Source: Balanoglossus misakiensis | Lineage: Eukaryota; Animalia; Hemichordata | Direction: 5' to 3' | Length of the DNA stretch: 64,000 bases | NCBI GenBank assembly: GCA_040954595.2 | Contig: CM082586.2 | Span: 6,310,509-6,374,508, forward strand | Shown here: positions 1 to 14,761 of the stretch, piece by piece | Layout: each line of letters begins with the position of its first letter | Numbering within the stretch: position 1 is the stretch's first letter | Notes under the pieces: generated by a model | The model's input: only the letters and a program-made list of their open reading frames with translations | The model's database searches: none | What the model was told of the DNA's origin: nothing | Translations under genes and position numbers: made by a program

Positions 1-2499
1 TACCGTGGCCAGACTACGACGCGGAGGCGAGAACATGAATGAGCCAGAGGAGAACTATTACCAAGAAGGGACAGAAACGACAGAAGCTAAACTTCTGAGT
101 AAGTATCCCCACATTAAATTATGCCTTGTTTAGTATACATGGTGATATGCAACTGATTGTAAAGTATTTAGCAGATGTGATGCTATCATGTGTGATTCTT
201 ATCGAAGGAATTCCCTCCAGGGAGGAAGTTTCTAATTTCATTTGCCTAGATGATCATCAAACTGTTTGTTTTCAAAACAATGGGAAAATATATAATTATT
301 ATGCTATATTCCAACCTCTTGGAAATAATAAGAAGTAATATAGATTTAATCGGTTTTAATGATGTTCTTTTATTATTTGTAGACGCCACAGTGGAAGCTC
401 GACCAGAAACAGAGAGGGGTAAGAGAATATTAGTTATGTAAATGGTGTGCATTTCTACTGTGTGGAGAGACAGTGTAGAACTGCCTTGGCGAATTGTCTA
501 TAAATATCATGTGTGTGAATAGGAGGGAAAATGCGGCATCGGAAACTGAGGTTACCTGATTGTTTTACTATGAAAAAGCATATGTCACTCCTAAAATAGG
601 TTATTTTTCCTTGTCTATATGTCAAGTGGTTCTGGCGGTATGATACAGACTGTTTAATCCGAACTCCACGAGACCATATCTGATACTCCTAGTGGTTATA
701 GGCAATCTATGCCATTGTGTCACAGGACAAAAAAACACATGGTGAATTCTGCACCTGGTCTACATTTATACAAAACCTGATTTGTATTTCTTGGCCAGCT
801 AACCATTGTTAGAGTCTCGCGATGAGTTGAAAATCATTCATTGTCTCCAGTGCACTGACTCCTGTCTGTTTGTGTTGCAGATTTGAAGTCCTTCGGGGAC
901 ATTGGTGGACGAATGTAAGTTACAATGAATTTATTCTAGAGACAACGTTCTGGCATTAATCTGTGTGGTTAAATCCCAATTTCAGTTCATATGCTATGAC
1001 TGCCATGAATAGTGCCCAAGCCATGGTATTTTAGTAAGGTCCAGCTGAGGCTGAATTTCAGAAAAGTACTTCCACGATACACGTGATGTCATTTTAGGAA
1101 TATTGACACAGGCCTTATTCGCGCCAGGCACGTTGTCATTACCATACCCCCATATTTCACTTCCCCTTTCATTTAATCTCATAAAGAATTATGCGGGAAA
1201 TCACCGAAGAAGAAGGCAACCCGGAAGAAGGCACAGACGATGGTGAGCAACGTTCTCTGTTGAATTCATTCTCCATGACGCCACTCTAGTATATACATTG
1301 ATGTTGAGGTGCGGTAGTTCATTGCGTACGGTGCAATGATATAACGAGAGGAAGCGATAGCTTGTTTTCTGTACAGTCACTTACTTTATTGGACACCAAC
1401 ATGTGTAGTGGATGAACATCACTGACCAAGTCTGAACTGAGTTGAACACCCACAAGAACGGAAAAACCCCACCAAACTTACATAACACATACATGCATAA
1501 TGAGACTATCATTTACATATCAAAGAAAGTGACCATCTGGGTAAAGTTCAGTTTACTCCAACACATCGTCGCAAACCACGGCCCTTTTATTGTGTACAAT
1601 CAGCATAGTTTAGCTCTACACATGAGTGGTGTGGTAATATTACCATAGTTCCCAATTATGCAGTAGAGTTGTTTGATAAATAAAGTTTCAGAGTTTTTCA
1701 ACGGTTTTATATATTTAATCTTTTGGTTTTATTTTCTCTAAATTTTGACCAGATATCTTCAGCTCGCTCGACATTGTTGATAGACTCCTATTAGAAGCGT
1801 ACAAGTAAGTTATATCACCTCAAAGTTACATGTATGTGAGTACTGTTTATGAGTCATTTTTCAGTTCAGTTATTCATATCACATAAATCAAAATCTCGAA
1901 CGTTTAGCTCAAGACAACTTTAGACTATTTCCTTTAAAGATATAGAATAAAAATTGTGGGTCACCATGCAAAAAAGGCCGAGGTCATCAGTGATTGAACG
2001 ATTAGAAGAATCATAGTGTCCTACAAATAACTTTACTTTCTCAAACAGGAATTGGCTCAACGAGATTGATGGGGACACTGACCAATAAGAAGAAAGCATA
2101 CAGCCAGGTGCAAACGAGGATGCTAATATTTGGTTGTTGGTCTCGGATATGATTAAATCCTTCATTGTTTCTACATGTATTTAATTTTTAACCAGAGAAA
2201 TTCTTGTAGTGTTAACTGATCATGGGTACAGCCCGTTATTTCATTATTTGTAATTAAAGTCATGACTCAATTTCTGAAACTTCATCGGCGGATTACTTTT
2301 ATTACACGGCGTTGTTGACTCGCCTGAGACACGTGTCCGTCACATGACTCATCATGCTAACCCTCACAGACAAAGAGAAAAGAATCGATCGAGTACAATT
2401 GTCAGAGTGACTGTTCACCGGGGATCACAGAAGCGAGCAGCGCCACCACTGACAGAACTAAGAAAATACAATGTGGCAATGATTTCTACAAATTACTGA
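1..2499 (+). CDS. Probable 3' part of an upstream multi-exon gene, acidic low-complexity product. Exons <1-98, 383-418, 881-914, 1187-1242, 1753-1804, 2370-2499 (TGA)
   Basis: Small exons with pyrimidine-rich AG acceptors and GTAAG/GTGAG donors join in compatible phases (1,1,2,1,2): TVARLRRGGENMNEPEENYYQEGTETTEAKLL-NATVEARPETER-DLKSFGDIGGR-IIMREITEEEGNPEEGTDD-DIFSSLDIVDRLLLEAYK-QREKNRSSTIVRVTVHRG...STNY*. No domain recognised. The last exon is uncertain; an alternative stop is TAA at 1806-1808. Confidence 0.5.
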
Positions 2500-2514
2500 C
2501 CGTGATATGATTTA

Positions 2515-2561
2515 TGGTGTGGTGTGTTGTGGTGTGGCGCGGCGTGGTGTGGTGTGGTGTG
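2515..2561. repeat. (GGTGT)n microsatellite
   Basis: Imperfect GGTGT pentamer run. Confidence 0.8.
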
Positions 2562-5109
2562 AGATGATATAGAATATGATATGACGTAGGGTTTTCCTTT
2601 GCGGGTGTTGACGATCATTGAAAATGCACGCGTGCACACTATTCATAAACGAACAGCGAGCTGTTGGAGAAGTGCTTCATTAATGAAATTTGGAAGGGGT
2701 GTCTAACTTGCCACGGAGGTCATTTACTCAACTTAGAAACTCGTCTGGCGCAATGCTTTTGTTTCTCTGTGTGGCGGTGTCTAGGATCGAAACTATTTTC
2801 CCTTTTGGCGAGTACCGTATCTAGGAAAAAAATATAAAGACGATGGAAATTTACATCTACAGTCACGATGTTATTTCAGCAATATGACATTCGTACTTGT
2901 GTGGCCAGTTCTGATTGGGTGTTGTCGTGACAGGTAATATGTGATTAGCACACGATTGTAAATGATGTTTGAACAATGCAGATGTCTATGTGTCATAAAC
3001 GTGGTAAATTCAATCTATAGATTAAATCATCTTGATTGATTGTGTTTATTATGGAACGTTATCTATGCACATTGTTTAATTGATTTATTGCATATGAGAT
3101 CTGCAATGCCCTTTGTCCATAGAAACGTATGAACTGACAAGGGTTTGACAATGGGTGGACTTTGGGTGATTGTTCCCGTTTTCGGGTGAAGTTGGAATTC
3201 CCATTTAAATATCCATTTTCTAAATCTGACAAAAACCTCACCATTACGAGTTTTCATTAAAGCCTACATAATCGTCAAGAATTTACTAAAAAACAGGAAC
3301 TTGACTCAGAACGAAATATGGACGAAGAGATATAATGCACACGTTCAGCAAAGCACAAACAGAAACAGTGGGCTGCGCGTGCGTAGATACGAAAAATGAG
3401 ACGAGGGGTTGAAATATGGAAGATTCATTGCCCGTACACGCGCATAAATAAAATAACTGTCAATTTATTAACGGAATATGAGTGTCATAAAGCTCCTAAA
3501 TAAACACCTGTCAAATTCCAGTAGCCACTGTCAATATACTGAACAAATAAAATAGCGAGTGTCTGTCAGATACCGTGTCTGGATATAAGTCAAGGAGAGG
3601 TAATTTTATCCGTTAATGCGGGTGAAATGTTTTATAAACCAGGCAGTTATACCAGGTTCAGACAGGGAAATTTTTGAGACTCTAGGCCTATTTGCCTATG
3701 GTAAACAGAGAGCATTAATCCTTTGAGTCGCTTGCGTCCACACACACCTAGTTGTATAGGCGCTGAGGCTCGGCCCCATGGGTTGCGGAGAGATGTTAAT
3801 CCTCACAACGGCTCAGGTCTGCCCGGCAAAGCCGTCTCAAATCTGGGCCGTTTCAGGACCACTTATACCGTCCACACACGATTTTTGAAGACGGTTTCTA
3901 ATCTGAGGCGCTTCAGAACCGTATTAATGGTGCCTGTGTGACCCCCATATTAGCCACTTGAAAAAAAAAGACGAAAGTACGTTGACACTCCTGCGGTACC
4001 TGGAACGAAACTGGTACGGCGACCAACCTTCAATTGGTCTAGAATGAATGGGAGGTGGAGATTGAAGCTCAGAATGGAAAGTCTGACGAATGCACAAAAT
4101 AATTTCTGTTGTTGGAATAATATGTCTTGGTATTCGAAATCTCTCAGGGAAAATGTAATATTTCTTGGACGAAATGTGAAATGCCCATTTCCAATTGGCA
4201 TTACTTCGTTGCATTTACTTCCTTCTCGAGGAAGGCGGTCCTTCTCAAGCACTACTCTTCAAACACGTCCTTTCATCCAAACGAATTTATAGCCGACCGA
4301 CATACTGTATGTCTTGCTTTTGTCCCAAATCAAACACTGACTCAGCGAATAGTTTTGTACTTTTCGTTCTGTTATGTCAGTTTGCCATGTATAAGCCTTC
4401 TGTTGATTTTTATCAGCATGAATTGATGGTGCCTCAATGTGTAACCACGTGATACATTTCGGCGTTTCTCATGGGGGACGGTCGCTAAGCCTGCATTTCG
4501 TTTCTCATGTCACATAAATCGAAAATATACCAGAAGTGAAATAAAGGAAAGGATTTTCACCTATTCGGGGCATCTTACACACCCCTAACATCCAGGAAAA
4601 GGCGAGCGAAAAAAATGACGACTATTGTGCGACAGTGAAAGTTGAGCAAATCGCGGCTATCAACAAGTGGTCCTACCACATTTCCTGTTCAAAGACACCT
4701 TTTACCAGGCTATAAAGTTCCATTTGTCAAGTGGGACATAACTTAATTTGATTTACAGTGTGAATGGAATTTCAACAAATAAAGCTAAACTAAATTACAA
4801 CTGGCGGACTGCCAAGCCAGGTTTGCAGTATACTCCCCCTCCGTTTCTTTGCTATGCCCTAATAATTCCAGCAGCTGAGAGCCAATGAAAAGTAGACTAG
4901 ATACCGGATTACTTGTTGGGTCTTGGCGGCATCTGTGTCTACCTGAATTCAGCTGATTCCTTCATATGCACATTATCGATCTAAGCATACATGGTTGGCG
5001 TTAGCCCAAGTTAGCCAAAGGGTAATGGTAACTTTCACGAGTCAAACATATGTGCACTATTTAAAGGGATTATTTATAGTTCAAGAGACCAACTTTTTAG
5101 ATTAAACTT

Positions 5110-5218
5110 TTCTCTCTCCCCTTGTCTCTCTGTCTCTATTTCTCTGTCTGCCTCTCTCTCTCTCTCTCTCTCTGTCTCAGTCTGTCTGTCTGTCTCTCTG
5201 TGTGTGTGTCTCTCTCTC
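5110..5218. repeat. (TC)n/(TCTG)n compound microsatellite
   Basis: Seen directly; it explains the spurious ORFs at 5074-5283 and 5122-5385. Confidence 0.9.
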
Positions 5219-6251
5219 CATGCCAGTCCCCCCAAAAGAATCGTGAATTTTATGCGGTTCCGGATCTGAGAGAGGAAAAGCAAGAATTGAAGTTGCGGTT
5301 GCGGTTACCAATAAAGTCATCATTTCTCAAAAACAAATCTTTACCAAGCTTTCGCCTACAAACAAGGACCCCGGCCAAAAGGTAAACACGGAGCCTATCG
5401 CTAGATGTGCTTTTAATCATCTTGTACTAGTAGAAACAAATGCATAAACGAAGTTCGATCACTTGAAAACTCGCTCTCCGGCCCGGTGATAAGCAGATCT
5501 TCCGGCGCACAAACGGAACCGTTAGGCGCAGTGCCGTGCACAAACTCGAGATGCTAATGTGACTCTTTGAATTCCACAAGAGACCGAGACCCGGGATAAC
5601 AACTGGGTCTCTTGAATAGTGTTTTCCACAAAATGCAAGCTCGACACAGACGAATGTTCACGTTCACGTGACTTCGTCAAGGCCACTACAATGGCACGGG
5701 TTACTGTCGGAGATTTACAATACTTTGTTGTAAAAAACCCCTCTGTCCAATTTAATGAATTTGATACTCTCGTATATTCTTAAGAGTCTCGGACGCAGTT
5801 TCGGTGTAAACTTACATGTATAACCATTGAGATTTGTGAAATAATTACGCGTCGCATTATGTAGATTTTCTGTACATTGAACCCGGAAACGCAACAGTGC
5901 CGCCAGCCAACTGGCCCACGTTGGTTGTGAGTGTGTCAGATGGCCTATCAAATCGTTGTGGGCTGAGATTTAAGTGCGTGGCTGGAGAGCTGGCGATTCA
6001 GTACACATCTTGAATGTGCACATCTTGGTCACAGCGTGGCGCACCTGTTAAAACTCCGTTAACGTTCTTGAAAACTCAACAGGGTATACAAGAACAGAAG
6101 TTTGCAACGGTCAACCGAAGTTTGTTTGGTCTACCTTGAACGGACAATCGACTGAACACTGTGTCCTTTAAATCTCTCGAGGCGCTGCGACTGACTTTGA
6201 ACTAGAGTAAGGCTGGGAAGATATGAGCGAGGAGGGCACGCGCCTGTCAGT

Positions 6252-6579
6252 ATGACGACAAGGTGGTTTGTTCTGACGGGCCTCGTGTGCCTGGCGCTGG
6301 GCGGCCTGACGGGCGCGTCGGGCCAGTCCTGCAGCCTGACTGGGGACAACCTGCACGTCACCGCGGGATCAACATGTACCATCTCACCGGGGTTCCACAG
6401 CGGGCCACTTGACACCCTGCGAGTCGACGGCACCCTCGTCATCGAGAACAGCGGGGACACCTTCGTCCAAATCGTCGCCAAGTACGTCGAAATCAGTTCG
6501 ACGGGGCGAGTCACGGCCGACGGGAAGGGTTACGCAGGCGGACTGGGTCCCGGCGCCGGGAATTCCGCCGGGTCTGGAG
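6252..6579 (+). CDS. Exon 1 (ATG, signal peptide, start of Gly-rich unit 1)
   Basis: CpG-rich ORF with hydrophobic N-terminus; donor G|GTGAGA at 6580, phase 1. Confidence 0.85.
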
Positions 6580-9500
6580 GTGAGAACAATTTTGATTTTT
6601 TCGTATCATGGGACGAATTCGGCCGGGTATATAAACCGTGCCTTATGATCCACGCCAAGTTCAATAGTTCAATCTTTATTGTAAACACCATTAAGGTCAA
6701 ATTACGCAAACCATCCCGCAAAAGAAAACGTTACAATATTCGGAATGGTGCGCAAGGAAGCCCGCGGTAACCCCCAACATTAATTGCAAAGCTGAGCTGT
6801 CCTACTTGCGAAATGAATGATGTCCATCCACAACCCCAACTCTAGTTTGCGCCTCAATGTTTAGATGACATCGCCTGGATCTGTCCCCCCCCCCCCGCCC
6901 CCTTCACATGCCGTCGCAATGCCCAAAATCCAAAAGAACGTCTTCAGTAGTGTTTTACTAGTAACATATGATACCGATCAACAATCCGGCCAATTCTGTT
7001 TCCAAGATGAATTAAACCCGAAAACCGGACGATTCGCATTCTGTTTCTAATGATCGATTGTGAGACTTTGCATTGGCAACGAATTCCAGTTTATATTTTA
7101 GGCATGCCCGGCCGCATACGAGTGCATGCATGGTCAATTTCCACTCTATAGTCAGGTATCCGGTGTTCAGACTCGCGTTGAATAAATTTGCAGCTGCTAT
7201 TCAAACACACTCCATTCGAGACGCATGAAGCTTGAATCACTTTTTGGCACTTCGGTTACAAAATGTTTAAACTGGCCACTTACACAATAAAACACGCTGT
7301 CGTAAACCTGTTTACTCTCGGTGGGTTCGTGCAAGTTCGAAGGGCAGTGTCCATGGCGTCCTCTGCTAGTATAAATCAGTAAACATATATTCCTTCGAAG
7401 CACGGTCGTGTTCGAAGACTTCTCCGAGTTCATCCAATTCGTACTTTACACAGTATTCCAGGCACATTATAAAACATTAGTGAGTCTAGTGTAATGATGT
7501 ATCCACAAGCACATCCGTGGATGCTCTCGGCATCATATCTTTCCATATAAAAGCATATAGACAGCAACGAACGCAAGAGCTGTCATGCATGTAGCCAATA
7601 ATCTAGAAAGAGTTTGCAGATTCGGCAAACCCGAAGTCTTTACCTCACTCACTCACTCACTCTCTCACTCTTGTCTTGTCACTTTTGTCTTCAGTTTATC
7701 TCCGTGGTACGTTTTTAAAACACGGACATCAAAATTTGACATGCGTGACGATTTTAATCTAGAGACACGCGAGCACTAAACTCAGCATCAATTTTCATTA
7801 ATTACTGCTCGATATTGAATTACATGTAGAGTCAATTTAGAAAGTTTTCATCCACTACAAACCATTATATTCCAAATTAGTCAGGAAATTACATTTTAAA
7901 TACACGTGTAATCTCTAACGACAAGCGACTACAATGCGGGGAAGTCTGTTTTCAAACACTCTATCCGCTCAGGACAAGCACCCAGAATCTTTGCATATCC
8001 ACCGCGCAATATCCGACTGCAATTCCGAGAATATAATATACGATATGTCCATTCTTTGTTAGCAGTGATAGAATTACATGGACAGACACAGGAAGTTCGG
8101 TGACCCTTCGCCAAACTGGAATAATTCGAACAGGGACACACTGAAAAATGGGACAGTTGCACACAATGTATTCCTCCTCAGAAACCAATGTTATAACGTC
8201 GTGGTAGGCTTCATATTAATGGAGCACACTCGCGGCAGCAAACTTGAGCCCATCATGTGTCTGTGGACTACAGCTACTGAAACTGCAGAGACCTTGGATA
8301 ACCAGGTTGTTGTTCTGGGCCCCCTGACTTTGGGATAAGTTTTTTTTCGTAAAAGAAAAGGGGTAGCCCGCGGAATAATGTACTGTAATTACTGTGCTAG
8401 TCAGTATGGCGACAAATTCCATGTCCAAAGACTTTTGCTCGAAGGAAGTAACCCGATAACAGTGCTCGAGAGTTCATTTTATTTCCAATTGAAAGTATTC
8501 GATTAATTTCTTGTTTCTGCTCGCATATTTTGTAGTCAGTGCCACAGAAAAAAATGTTCAATTACGTTATCCATGATGGCTGGATGGTCGATAGGATGAC
8601 AAAAGTCCCGGCGGTTTGTATTTTTTCGCTGTCCACGAATTTCCAGGCCAAAATACCACATTGAGTCCTGGTCGATTTTAGTTGAGTTTGGAATATTTTT
8701 TTGCCGTTTGACAATTTTAGGTTGAAGATCTAGACATAAATTTGAAATGATAATATTCAGGGCATGCAGGCGACTTTTCGAATTCATGTTCCTGTCTGCA
8801 AGACAAAAATCCTATTGATGTCTCTGCAGCACATCAGGCTTGTGTTGTGTTATACAGTTGCCATGGCGACCCAGATATTGGGCTATTTTGGAATGTTTTG
8901 GCCTGTGCGACTTTTCTGATTCGCGGAAAGTACAGTTGACGATATCAGACCATTCAGCCTCAGAAGGTTATTCCTTGTTCATTCTTTCCCAAGAGCGAGA
9001 CAAAAAATGTGGTCTTCGCAGACATTTTTTCTTCGGCTCTATATAAGTAGGCCGTTGACTCTGACAGTCCCTCCTAAATCTTAGCCAACAACTGTGTCAG
9101 TTAAAGAGTTGTGTATTGTCCGTCGGTGACACAATAGGAGATGTATGAGGTCATCTTGAACCTGGGCACACACTCACTCAACTGATAAATTGCAAGTCAG
9201 CCATGTCATATCAAATTCAAAGAGAATGACAGCATTTACTGAGCCATAGAAACATCTGAGAGGTTTTCCTTCGTGATCTGGCTTAGTTTTGACACTATAT
9301 TCAAAGTCGCATTAACTGGTACTTGACGTTTTTATTTGTTTCGGAGTCCGGTTTCTGGGGTCGTGAACCAGAAGTCTTAAGTTGGGAATAGTGGAGATCT
9401 GAAAAGGAAAAAACGCAATAAGCTTGGTGAGCCTAGAAGGGAATAATTGAAATTATGAGTTTGTTATATTTCTTCATATACATTCTGAAATAGGCTTTAC

Positions 9501-10444
9501 TTAATTTTAGTCAAGGGAACTCTACATTTTTGCTAACATAATTTTGACGTCACAGAATTATATCCCGAGACTTCATTGGGCCTACAAAAAATTGTCGACA
9601 AGACAGCGCACGTAATTACATGTACCTGCACTATAAATCAGCAGAATAGTAAACGTTACGTTAAATTAGAAGTAGCCACAGTAAAATCATCAACATCTAG
9701 CAACGTAATCTGTTGTTTTTAACATATTACTTTTTACATATTAACTCAGATCACAAAATGGTCCCTATATTGATGTACCTGTAAGTACATACAAGTGATT
9801 ACAACAGCGCGAGAATTTATTATGTGGATAAAGAGATTGTTCAATTATACATGAATACTCCTTTTGTTCGCATGCTGCATGTAGTACTAGTATATTACCA
9901 CGATATTACCTCAGACTCGCGCCCTGGCTTATCACAAAAGACATTGGAACTTTCCCATTGTAGCTACAAGAGTCATAAAACTAGTCCATTTTACCTTTTC
10001 CACGGTATGAGTTATTTTCGCACGGTCCAGCTTTTTGTAATTTAGAATTTTTAATTTGTGCATGTCTTTTATATTACTCGCATTATTAATTTCAGCTGCG
10101 GGCATTTATTAACATAATTTCTCCGCATTTTTGGGCCCTGAAATCAACCCTGGTTTAGTAAGGAGAGCTTGAATTTATCAAAAATGTTTTTGTAGCAGTG
10201 AGGGTATTTGTAAATTGTACACTGACTTAGGTCAGCGTATACTATAGTATGTAGGTTACTACAAACACGCTATTGTTTCGTTTTACTGCCTGTAAATGAT
10301 CTCTCCCTCTCGTGCGTTTCTATATGCTTCCAGTAAAAGCATGTTGATAAACATGGGTCTGATATGTGCAATAAACCCTTGTTTTGTCTGTGTCATAGTG
10401 CATTTTCTGAAATAGGCCATCTAGTGTTAAAATTCGAAGACTTC

Positions 10445-10477
<33 letters not shown>

Positions 10478-13400
10478 CAGACAGACCGAATAGCATTTTT
10501 ACGTTAGATTAATTTTCCTGTTGGCTCGATGGTCTTCCTTTTTGCCATATCAGTGAGTTTGCATTGTACATATTGTTATTCTTATCTGAAACAGTGATCA
10601 CAAGAGAGTGATATACATGTATGGTACATGTATCTCGCACTTGTGTGTTCATACCTTCACATTCGCCACATTCGCTGATTCTGAAGAGGTACCCTGGAGG
10701 TCAAGTTGAGACCAACGCGAATTTTACGACCGCGTTAAGTTCACGGTTTTCCGCATCCGCTTTCCACTTTGCAGAAACCACTTTAACCGGATATGCCACT
10801 ACCGGCGATCCGGAACCACAGATAGACAGTATTAGAAATTACGAGATGTACAAACAGCAATATTTGTCTATAGTATCATTTAGAAACATCGACGTTTTTC
10901 GAGGACTGACTGTTTGCAACAGGTAAACGTGCCGGTAAATGTGTCGTTCCCCACGTGTCTTTATCGCATTGGAAAATGTAAGTGTTCGCTGTATACATCG
11001 CGCCACCAGGCTGATACACGAAGATGATGATGCAAACAGTTTCATCCATTTACGCTATTATTTTAATACGACACTTACACGATTGCAGCAGATTTTTCGG
11101 TTGTTGCAATAGTAACAGCTACAGCTCTCATAATACCGCCGTGACTCACATGTTGCCGAACGACGACTGTATCGGCTTTTCAAGTAGCGTTCAATGTCGT
11201 TGTTGAACGACACGCATTTTCAGTCGAAGTGTGCGTTGCTTGACAACGCCGGCGTTGAAAACCCGGATGTCTGTTTGTCGCATTCTACTGCATCACCATA
11301 GACTGCAGTGAAAGGCAGTAATTCCCGACCGGTAAACATATGAGCATCACAACACGTGGAGTCCACCAGGCTCTGACTGACAAAACATAATCGAGGTACA
11401 GCATTGGTGACTTGGTCCTACACTGTATATACACAGTAACACTATACCTGTAACTTTTCACTACTTGTGTATACTTTACTTGTTGGGTTTATCGAAATTC
11501 GCATTTTTCTACTTACAAGCTAAAAATTATAGATTATTTTAGTACATGAATTGCCGCTGACATATTGGTGTCCGTTTCACGACAATTAACAAGATGATAT
11601 TGAAATTCTTTGCAAGCCAGGATGCGCACATTGTTGATTGTACCCAGGTGTCAATCGCCAGACGGTGAACAATGACTGGTTCTACCTGTTAATGGTTATA
11701 TTTTTTACAAGCTGGTTTATTCCGGCGCTGTGTGCTCAAGGTCGCTCGGGTTGCACGCGATGCGTATTTATGCTGCGTGTGATGCAAGGACGAGAGAAGG
11801 CGCGCGACGTCCCCTACTTATCTATCTGCACGCAAACCACTTATCAGTGCTGATTACTGGAAGTGCCCTGGGTTGACATCACTTGTGAAGACAAACACAT
11901 TCGTACCTAAAATATTTCTGGGTGCGGTAATTAGCTGAGACTTTAATCGCGGGATATCGATCAGCGCACACGTAGACGTGCTAGTCTAGAATGTTCTGTT
12001 GTGATGGACGACGGACTTCCATACCGTGAGGTTTTATAATTACATCATGTCATCTTCACATGGGAGTTATACGAATGCCAATGCTGTGATTCGTGTACTG
12101 CACATGATTAAAATAGGTCACTCGGTTTGTGGTAACGAGTGTAATGTACTGGTTTTACAGATTGAAACATAGTAGACGAAAGACACTTTCTCCCTCCACA
12201 CATTACTTTCTTTACCGGGAAGGTAATTCGAAAAAGGCGTTCAAGTTTTCATTCCAACCGCACCTAAAGGTTAAGTGACGAATTGAAGAGTCTATCTGAC
12301 TCACAGATGGCTTAGAGGTGTTTGTGGCCCGTATCGCAACAGACGGTGATCGATCGTGCTACTTAATATATACAGAATGTGGAGAGGAGGCCACAACTTG
12401 GTCAGTGGTCGTTCGTGCGAGGTACCGCAGCAAGTTCTATCCGGTGCTGCGAGGTAGCTTGAGGACACCGCGATGTCATGGCAACCGGGTTTGTTTACAG
12501 CGGACGGAGTCGAAAGTTTATCGCCACTAATGGTGTTGCGTTTAAAACACAATCTATCACCATGGCGATCTGATCCGTCCGACTGGCGATCACGTCCGAA
12601 CGACACGTACGCTATCAATGCTTGCGCAACGGATAGACACGATCAGATAAAGATGGGGGCTACTCACAAACCCATCCCGATGGAAAATAAAGTTGATTTC
12701 TGTTCACTACTTGAAAAAATCATAGAAGTTACCAAGCTTCAATAATATAGGTATATATTCTTTGTGTGCATCATACTCTTGATCACACGGCTACCGAAAA
12801 CTGCTAAGCATAGCCCAGGACAAAACATACATTTCGCTGAGTCCAGTACTTTTTTTATAATAGCTTCGCGGGGAACATTTTTCTCGTCGTTTCTCTGCGC
12901 CAATGCCCTCCCCGCTCGGTTTCGTGTGGGCGGCGTGAAAAACAGACCATGCATGATGATGCAGCGTTTCTTTCAAGGAGTCTTCAGCTGAGTGCGACGA
13001 ATCAACATAGGCGAGGTCAGAACGGGTCAGCGCGAACGTAGATGGTGCTACCATGACAACCATTTGTGTTTACAGTGGAAAGTGTGTCTACCAAGGCGAG
13101 ACAGAAAGCAAACAGGTGGCTGCCGGTTTTTTTGAAAGCTTTCTCGTTACTCATATGGATTTTCTTTTGTTTTCTAACAACTTCAGGGCAAATATTGTCT
13201 TCCTTCTCATCGTCACGGTCAGAATGATTCGGAGCTGGATTTTGTCTTACTCAGACGAAATCATAGGCCCAATTTACTGACGACGCAATATTTAAATGCG
13301 CGCCGGTACTATACATTTTAGTGTGATTGCATTAGGTTTCAGGGCTAAGAATTTCAGTCAAACGTGTCTATATCATTGGCCAGTCAAGGGACTTTCCTAA

Positions 13401-14730
13401 ACTGGCCTTTATATAAGTGGCCTATATAGACAGGTCAATTAATGCACGTGTAAAAATTTGCCCAGGGACTGTAACAAAGGTGGTCATTAACACAGGTTTG
13501 ACTGTACTTTTTTTATTGTTTCCAACCAACCATGAAACAAACAACAAACCGACCGATTATCATCATGTGATGCCATCCTGTAATTAAAAACACTTAAAAG
13601 GGTGACCGGTACAAAGTGGACGCTATTTTTTTTAAATGTTGGGCGGTATTTTCCACCATGCTGTAAACAATGCGCAGTACACAGCTGTATACACTGAGTT
13701 CGGAACGGGGTATCAGTGTGCTATATTTCTGGGTCAGAGACCCTGTGCGGCGTACCTTTTTGAGTTGGCCTGATTACGAAATTGGGGTTTGACCCGACTG
13801 GTCAGGTATATGTTTACGTATGTAACCTTGACACACCATTAAAATAACAAAGGTATTTGTCGGCCTTCTGCTAAATACATTTAATGTATAAACGGATGGA
13901 CAAGGCACAGTTTGTGGGGGACTATGGACCAGGTGAACGTATGATGCGTCACGCGCGTCACGGGCCAATGAGAATTGATTATCGTATATGCTCATCACGC
14001 TACCATTTTATTGATTTACCACATCCTTTGCGTACTCTGCTTTCTTGGTAATTCCTACGAAGGTGCCCCAAATAGACTGGAAATGACAATGCCGGTTCTC
14101 GGTCGTCAGTCATATTATAATTTTTTCTATGAACATTTGACGCCTCGCTGGTTTTATCCCTTGTACATGTATGCGGCAATAACCGCACTCGCCGCTGTAC
14201 TGTACACAACAGTGACGAGAAACGACACTTCAAGTAGAACGGAGTGGCTTTACTACACCACTTCAGTTCCATTCGACAAATTATCACGGCACGTGACTTA
14301 GCAGCATGGAGGATATTTTTTTGCCCTGCTTAGTTTTCTTGTGTAATTCTCGGTCCGTGTCTAATCAGGGAGTCCGTCAGCCTATGGCTGGCGTGAGAGT
14401 CATGTCGGTTGAGCTTAAGTAATTCAGGAATTCATAATCAACATATGCCAGAGGCGAGAGTGTAGTGTCTGTGATATATTGGACATTCCAATGAAACGCA
14501 GATAAGCATGATCATTTCATGAAGTTGTAAATCTCATAGGACTAATAGCCGTCTTAGTTTCGGTCAATAGTTGTGGATTTTTTTACATTCTTTTTCATCG
14601 TAATCGATGTTTCAACATTCCCCTGGTTGAATCTGTCGTTAGTGGCGTGTTGGGTGACCCACTTTGAAGGCAAATCTGACGATACGCGTGATAGCAAGGT
14701 GAAGAACATGGACATTGCCCCCCCCCTCAG

Positions 14731-14761
<31 letters not shown>

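Noticed and set aside
3723-4452. Cluster of overlapping ORFs as a transposase remnant
   Set aside because: No catalytic motifs, TIRs or TSD that I can identify; a repeat library search would be needed.
5074-5385. ORFs with SL/ER dipeptide runs
   Set aside because: Translations of the (TC)n microsatellite.
5900-6251. Core promoter elements of the giant gene
   Set aside because: Only weak TATA-like or Inr-like matches; the TSS cannot be placed from sequence alone.
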